Positions 22,735 through 29,702 of a DNA stretch of 29,702 bases are shown piece by piece. This DNA comes from Octopus sinensis (taxonomy: Eukaryota). Both the position numbers and the translations under genes were made by a program. The stretch spans positions 1-29,702 of the forward strand of contig NW_021832884.1 of the NCBI RefSeq assembly GCF_006345805.1. The letters run 5' to 3'. The notes below the pieces were generated by a model that did not search any database, was not told the origin of the DNA, and was given only the letters and a program-made list of their open reading frames with translations. Positions within the stretch are counted from its first letter, which is position 1, and the number at the start of each line of letters is the position of its first letter.

Positions 22735-24312
22735 GGAAGGCCGATCAGCAGAAATTTATTACTGTCAGACTAAGACCAGTGGAGTAAGACCAGCAGAGAA
22801 AGACCAGAAGAATATGTGTAACACCATTAGAATTATTGAGGAGATGAAGTACAGTTAGATTCATTCTAAGCAATTGTGGCTGATCTTGTCTCACTCAATT
22901 TTTTCTCCCACCGATGTGTCAAATGTTCCAGTCTACACAGTAACCACCACGCCCTGTCTGTTCTCCACAGAACAGTGAGTGTTCTTAATTTCTTCCCTTC
23001 ACAAAAATTTTAGCAGGGCTGAACTTACGACAATTTAAGCAGAACGTTATGCTCATCAAGTCAAAGATTTCCGACGGGTTCTGAGTACCTTAGTTGCTTG
23101 CCCCAACCGTTACGAAAAATAAAATCAATATGACCAATGTTATTACAATTACATTAGATAAATAGTTAAGCTTTCGGTAAAGGGGTATCCCGGCTGACTC
23201 AGATTCCATCCTTGGAATTAGATATGAACGTCACAGCATCCAGTTTTCTTCGCCTGACAGTCATATGAGCTTCATCTTAGAAACGATGAAGCAGTAAAAA
23301 TATTTTCTAAAGCGAAGTATTTTGACGAATAAATACCGCGATATGTTTTTGTTTCAATTATTCTTTGAAAAGAAGGCATCGAATTTACAAATATTTCTAT
23401 TTTGCTAAAATATATGGGTTCACGACTTTTCGTATAAACATTGTTGTAAGCGTTAGTGTACTCGATAGAAAAACCCTATTTTTCAATGCTTAAATCTCCT
23501 TAATACCTATCATATAATATAAGTACTGTGTCTATGGCCTCGAATATATATTAGTTATAATTAGGCCAATGTAATTTCTTTGTCATCAGTTGTATTTAAA
23601 ATAATAGTTTGCATCAGGCCCAGCCAGATCAGCCACAATTGTTTAGAATGAATCTAACTGTACCGTACATCCTCGAGTATAATCCGCATTTTTTTCCCAA
23701 AATTCGAAGGTTAAAATCCCTCTTGCGTACTATATACGAGGTTAAAAAAGGAAAAATATTTTCTAAGCAATGTCCGAGTCTCTATTTGCTGTCCGGCATT
23801 GTTTATTCAGACTCATTTTTGTAATGTCGGGCGCGAAAATACCTTAAGCTAAGCCTGAAAGCAATGAAGTCATAAAAGAATCATCCATAACTTGCAATAA
23901 GCAACATTTATTAAAATAAAAGTATTCAGAACACAGAATAACAGATAACAAAATCAATTTGCAAACATATTTACATTCCCATATAACAGTTAAGAACATC
24001 ACCATTATTGTATTACGCATGCATTGAAGTGTTTGTTTGACTAGGTGCTGCTGGTTTAAATTATGCACGACTCAAGTTAGAGAAGGGATGCGTATTATAC
24101 ACAAGGTTTAGGTTTTTCAGAGGTACAACCCCCTAGAAATCCCCTGCGTATTATACTCGAGGATTTACGGTACTTCATCTATTCGATCATTCTAATGGTG
24201 TTACACATATTCTTCTGATCTTTCTCTGCTGGTCTTACTCCACTGGTCTTAGTCTGAGTAATAAATTTCTGCTGACTTTATTGAGCATACTAGATCGGTC
24301 TTCCACCCAAAG
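22735..24312. repeat. Inverted duplication: arm 22735-22886 versus 23626-23662 plus 24173-24312
   Basis: The reverse complement of the left arm matches the right arm once the MITE is removed. Confidence 0.9.
23663..24170. mobile_element. Non-autonomous Tc1/mariner-superfamily (Tc2/pogo-like) MITE, 508 bp
   Basis: 26-bp TIRs CCGTA(C/A)ATCCTCGAGTATAAT(C/A)CGCA (24/26 match), TA TSD at 23661-62 and 24171-72, internal TIR-like repeats near 23725 and 24089. Confidence 0.92.
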
Positions 24313-24615
24313 CCTGCTTGCAAAAGTGGCATCACTGTGTATCTAAATAACTATATTCCTTATTATGTCCTTGTCTTATATAATATGCCTTATAAGTCGA
24401 TTTTTCTACATGTTTCTATTCCTATTTATTGATTCCACTTAAAATTTCCAAACCTTTTGTTGTTGAATTTCTAGGGAAGTCACTAGAGATTCTAGACATT
24501 AAGTGTCTTATATAAAGACAGATAAATCTCAGACGAGCGTTACATTTCGTTATCTAACAGAGAACTTTCCTCTGAGAATCGATAAGTTCGTTTTGACAGC
24601 CCGACAACCCTGAAG

Positions 24616-24621
24616 TATATA

Positions 24622-24663
<42 letters not shown>

Positions 24664-24818
24664 ATATATATATAATATATATATACCTGATATCTATATA
24701 TCTGTATGTGCATTTGTATCCTATCTATCTATCTGTGTGTATGTTGATACATATATGTATAATAACTATATATATATAGATAAGATACATACACATATAT
24801 ATATACATACATACATAC

Positions 24819-24866
<48 letters not shown>

Positions 24867-24993
24867 TATATATATATACTTATCTACCTATCTACCTGTG
24901 TGTGAATGTGTATATATATATATATATATATGCTCAGAAAAGCACACACAGAGGCACAAACACGCACAGAAGAGTATATATATATGTGCGTGC

Positions 24994-25025
<32 letters not shown>
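24616..25025. repeat. (TA)n/(TG)n compound microsatellite
   Basis: Direct reading. Confidence 0.95.
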
Positions 25026-25398
25026 AAGCATGTATTCCTCTTCGGAAATCCAATTTTCCTTATTTGTCGTAGTTTTGTAGTTTAAGTCCTATAATTTCTC
25101 AAAATCCCGAATCGACGTTCGACGGGAACCCATATTAAAGCAACAATAAGATCTTGTAGGAAACCTGCTGAATGGTGATAAGTTCATTTCCATTGTCGAC
25201 TTACAAGCTCTCCATTTTATACCGAACGTGAAGATGCTAGCAGTCTTCGAATATAAATGCAAACTTTCGACTATGTACAGCCATGTTACTGTTACAATAT
25301 AAACAAATCAATTGAAAAATAAAATGGAGTTAAATTTCAAAATATCCCTCTTGTCTGAGGTTGATTTTAAGGAGTCTAGCTGCATAATATCGCAGAAG

Positions 25399-25710
25399 TC
25401 ACCGTTATCACCGTGACCGACCAGGCTATCAGATTTTGCTACACATCGCTGGTCACAATGCGCTTTGCATTGTTTTTTAGCCTTCAAATGACGCCACCCC
25501 GCTGGCTAAGCGAGCAGGCCAAGAGAAGAAAGAGTGAGAGAAAGTTGTGGCGAAAGAGTACAGCAGGGATCGCCACCAACCCCTGCCGCAGCGTCGAGGA
25601 GCTTTAGGTGTTTTTGCTCAATAAACACTCACAACGCCCGGCATGGGAATCGAAACCGCGATCCTACAACCGCCAGTCCACTGCCCTAACCACTGGACCA
25701 TTGCGCCTCC
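25399..25710 (-). mobile_element. SINE family C, short-tail form
   Basis: Head ggaggcgcaatggtccagtggttagggc...ggtttcgattccc; body shared with 16370-16552; different 3' tail. Confidence 0.9.
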
Positions 25711-25937
25711 ACATTATCACACAAGTAACAACTTGTAAATATTCGTCTTATGCAAAGTATGAAACAAGTACCAGCTGAGTATTTGTCAAGGGGTTCAGTA
25801 TCTCCATGGTGCCAAAGAAAACGTAGTAACCGGCATTCGTTAGGGTTTTGAAATATGAGATTCTAATGTGAAATAGGGAGGGAATATGGAATGCTGTTTC
25901 TGTGTTGGTGAAGCTGTCAAAAGTAAGAATCACCTTA

Positions 25938-26201
25938 AAAAAATAAATAAATGCGCCATTTTAAAGCCTAGCCAGGCTCATGGGCCCGGTTTCCTGGTTT
26001 CAATGGTGTATGTGTTCCCCAGCTGGACGGGACGCCAGTCCATCGCGGCGTTACTCATTTTTGCCAGCTGAGTGGACTGGAGCAACGTCAAATGAAGTGT
26101 TTTGCTCAAGAACTCAGCGCGTCGCCCGGTCCAGGAATCGAAACCACAACCTTACGGTCATGATACTGACGCCCTAACCACTAAGCCACGCGTCTCAACC
26201 C
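25938..26201 (-). mobile_element. tRNA-derived SINE family D with 13-bp TSD
   Basis: tggcttagtggttaggg...ggtttcgattcct head, gttcttgagcaaaacactt core, (TTTA)n tail; TSD aagaatcacctta at 25925-25937 and 26202-26214. Confidence 0.95.
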
Positions 26202-26341
26202 AAGAATCACCTTAGGATTCGCCTATTCTTGGGTTTCATTATCATGTGGATGACTAACAGTTATAAAGCGAAAAATGCCCAATAAATTTAATAGAGTTTT
26301 AAAAAATGGATAATGATTTGAAAATAGACAATGATAATGAA

Positions 26342-26640
26342 GATGGGTTCTGCCGTCGAAAAAGGACGCATGTGTGGTCAGATCTTGCTGAATGACCTGC
26401 ACGAATGATTTGTTCATAGCGATGAAATATAGGTGCCGTTCATTTAGTTCACTACCTCCATCAAATCGACGTCGCCCGAACAGGTGCGCGGTGTAGCAAG
26501 CATCAGGTGTCAAAGGGATCGCAGAGCAGCGTGAGAGGAAGTGTTTTGCTCAAGAACACGATGCAACGTCTGGTCTGGGAATTGAAACCGCGATTTCGCA
26601 ATCGTGAATGCAGCACCCTAACCACTAGATCATACGTCCT
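26342..26640 (-). mobile_element. Diverged SINE with C/D-type head and a different body
   Basis: tctagtggttagggtg...ggtttcaattcccagacc...gtgttcttgagcaaaacactt on the minus strand. Confidence 0.75.
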
Positions 26641-26683
26641 AATAATAATAATGATAATAATAATAATAATAATGATAATAATA

Positions 26684-26733
<50 letters not shown>

Positions 26734-26813
26734 AATATATACTATGAGTTTCTTTGCCCTAGGAGTCGGGAAGACGCTCGGCAAGAAATGGAACCAAATT
26801 TGAAAGAAGAAGA

Positions 26814-26887
<74 letters not shown>

Positions 26888-27509
26888 TGATAATAATAAT
26901 AAATGTTCTGATGCAGTACCAGGCAGTGCTTTTCCTGGCTTCTCATCTTAACTGATTGGAAGCGTTATCATGTACATTCTTTTACTTTGGTAACAAAAAA
27001 GAAAACATGGGCTACAGCAAATATTATGCTCAATACCACAGATTTGCTTGTCAGTTGTTTGACCTTAATCAGTTGAGCCTGTCACTCAGTGGCTGACGAT
27101 ATGTGCATCTCTGATCACGAACAGAAGTAGTGGGGAGCATCATTGCCGTGTGTTGAGAGGGATTCTTTGGGGCTTGAATATTTCACCTCTGGAAACATGG
27201 GTGTTTCGTTCAACATCCTTAAACAACACTTATTCAGGGACCTTTTGAGCGGGATGGGTTACTCGACCGGATGAAAATTCTAACTAGGCTCCACCTGCAA
27301 GGTCATGTGCTGTTTATCATGATATGAGATCACCATGTCGAGCACATATGGTTGTGATGCATGTCCCTAGTGTACCCTTGTCAGACAGGTAGTCATGGTG
27401 GGTATACTGGGCTTCGTATATTTTACCCCACTTTTTATTGGCATGCACTGCTCCCTCACTCAATAATAATAATGATGATAATAATAATAATAATAATAAT
27501 AATAATATC

Positions 27510-27547
<38 letters not shown>
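26641..27547 (+). mobile_element. Two inserts (26740-26812 and 26903-27461) nested between three (AAT)n tracts
   Basis: (AAT)n at 26641-26736, 26813-26902 and 27462-27547 bound GC-richer segments; strand inferred by treating (AAT)n as the 3' tail or target. Confidence 0.55.
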
Positions 27548-27549
<2 letters not shown>

Positions 27550-27726
27550 TTCTTTTGTAGACATATACATCTCATTATGTTAAAACTTTAAAATCTGGAT
27601 TGATAATCCAAAAATGACATCATTCGTTTGTCAGTTGGAGATTGAAACCGCATTATGATTGTAACTAGAAAGAGGTTTATACTGAACTTGATATTAGCTC
27701 ACAATATTCTTTATTTTCTTTTTTAG

Positions 27727-27787
27727 CATTTATCTACAGCTCACGCTCTAAGATGAGCCAACGTCCGCAGATATACACGATAATGCC
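27727..27787 (+). other. Candidate 61-bp exon (one open frame: xFIYSSRSKMSQRPQIYTIMP)
   Basis: Branch-like gctcac, long polypyrimidine tract ttctttattttcttttttAG, donor CC|GTAAGG; ATG in AAGATGA context. Confidence 0.3.
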
Positions 27788-28830
27788 GTAAGGAAATTTA
27801 CACGAATAAGGTTATATGCTTTAATTCCCATGTTATCGTGTTAGAATGCCATGTCTCGAGGTTTGTTATAATTAAAATAACGTCCATACACACGCCAAAC
27901 TATGCTTGTATACTTTATTTGCTTTTTGTAATGTGTGAGAACGATTTGAAAACGAACGCCTGCAGTTACCTGCCTTTGGCCTAGTTTATACGCAGAAAAG
28001 AAAAGAATTCAAAGCTTTCTCAATGAAAATTATTGTAATTGTTTGAGCAAAATAATCCATTTTGTTATAATTATATCTTGAATTCAGAAAAGATCCGCCG
28101 ATGAAATATGAGATGCCTCTTATCAATGATACATTGCCATGGAAACTTAAAGGATACTTTACTTCATATAAATCATGAGAAACATTTTAGAAGGAAACTA
28201 TTTAACACACAAAATATTAAAATAAAATAAATTTTAAGAATTCTTGGAAGAGTTGTAAATATTTCATTCAAATTAACGTATATCAACACCATTACATGAT
28301 AATGACAATTAATATACAGGATACTCAAGTGTATATAATATATATAAACACGCACAATGTCAGAAAATATTTAATGAGCGTACATCACACAAAGTAATTC
28401 AATATTAAAGAATGTAATAGACACGCGTGTCAACATGATGAAGATCAGTGAAGTCAGAATGATCTCCCATCGTGAATTGATGATCATTAGAAAGTTATAT
28501 AAGTGCAATATGGCAAAATATCATCAACTGAGATTTCGAGACAGAGACCGGGTTTCGATCATTGTTAGAAGATAAAGCTTGTCCCATGTTTAGAAACAAG
28601 GACGTTCTATACATTCAGAAAATGCATGGTGGTTTCAGAATCTTTAATTATAGAATTTCTCATGAAATTTAACTTTATTTTTGTAGTGTTAATCAACTAC
28701 AATACACATTTCTCATATAATATTAGGCAGATTTTTCGTCTGTATGTTCGAAACAGATATCTTTTTATAATTTAGATTAGTTAGGGTTTGGGATATCCAT
28801 GATATTTCAATGGTTCATAAATATATATAT

Positions 28831-28975
28831 ATACGACGGGCTTCTTTCAGTTTCCGTCTAACAAATCCACTCACAAGGCTTTGGTCGGCTCGAGGCTGTA
28901 GTAGAAAATACTTGCCCGAGGTGACACGCAGTGGGATTGAACCCGGAACCATGTGGTTGGTAAGCAAGCTTTTAC
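28831..28975 (-). mobile_element. SINE family B, 5' half
   Basis: Reverse complement of 16965-17105; ends at the internal (TA)n. Confidence 0.92.
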
Positions 28976-29090
28976 ACGCACACACACACATACACACACA
29001 CCACACACACCACACACATATACATACATATATATATATTATATATATTATATATATATAATAATATATATATATATATATATGTATATT
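28975..29090. repeat. (CA)n/(TA)n microsatellite
   Basis: Direct reading. Confidence 0.95.
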
Positions 29091-29292
29091 GTGAGTTTGA
29101 AGTGGTTATGTTTGAGTTGCTCTGTAACAAAACAGCAGTTTTGGAGAAAATTGCAGAGAATTGCAGCTATGGGGGAAAAGGAATGTATATAGAGTTTCCT
29201 GGGGAATATGAGAGATACTACACAAGGAAAACAACGGGAGAAACTTTAACGAATGAATCTTGATCCACCATATTGACTAACCAACACAGGAA

Positions 29293-29623
29293 ACCCTCTT
29301 CAGTCATGAATGACCATGGGATTACACCTAGAAAGTTACCCTCCGAGGCACAAGTCCGGGCAAGGTTGTTTATAGAAGGCCTGCAGTTGCCCATGCATAC
29401 CGGCCTCTCCTCTCCACACCACTGATGTTATCCAAGGGAAAGGCAAAGGGGCCGATACAGCTTGGCACCGGTGATATCGCAACACATTTCTACAGCTGAG
29501 TGAACTGGAGCGACGTGAAATAAAATGTCCTGCTCAAGAACACAAGACGCAGCTCGGTCCGTGAATCGAACTCACAACCTCACGATTGTAAGCTCGACGC
29601 TCTAACCACTGGGCCATGCGCCT
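29293..29623 (-). mobile_element. tRNA-derived SINE with D-type head/core and a different tail
   Basis: aggcgcatggcccagtggttagagcg...gagttcgattc...gtgttcttgagcagga...gctccagttcactcagctg shared with 26065-26195. Confidence 0.88.
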
Positions 29624-29702
29624 TTACTAATAACCAATATTGTTCTAGTAATTGCCGTTGACATTTTTGTTCACATGGTGTATCAATCATTGAATTGTCA
29701 AA

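Noticed and set aside
22950-22980. ctccacAG-aaca-GTGAGT possible 4-nt microexon
   Set aside because: Too short to distinguish from chance without transcript data
26130-26196. Functional tRNA genes at SINE heads (also about 16490, 25650, 29560, 5430)
   Set aside because: Each continues into a repeat body and tail, and the cloverleaf is imperfect, so they are tRNA-derived SINE heads
28778-28792. Telomere-like ttagggtttggg
   Set aside because: Only one perfect TTAGGG unit

Overview
AT-rich, repeat-dense, essentially non-coding animal DNA. The SINE repertoire and the (TA)n/(GATA)n/(AAT)n microsatellite load look like an Octopus (coleoid cephalopod) genome; this is my recognition, not a database result. 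Almost all listed ORFs are artefacts of microsatellites or SINEs. The window holds about 20 tRNA-derived SINE loci from at least five families (working labels A-E), a decayed CR1/L2-like LINE 3' end, a Tc2/pogo-like MITE whose empty site is visible in a nearby inverted duplicate, and Penelope-like fragments with degenerate hammerhead-ribozyme cores. Most notable: (1) family A forms 184-bp concatemers with the same junction at four separate loci, and one dimer is flanked by a single TSD; (2) a tRNA-headed SINE with a hammerhead-like 3' part forms a ~530-bp palindrome; (3) six closely spaced inverted-repeat pairs could form dsRNA; (4) a possible promoter/first-exon region at 7.6-9.95 kb and a candidate small exon at 27.7 kb. 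No complete protein-coding gene can be supported.
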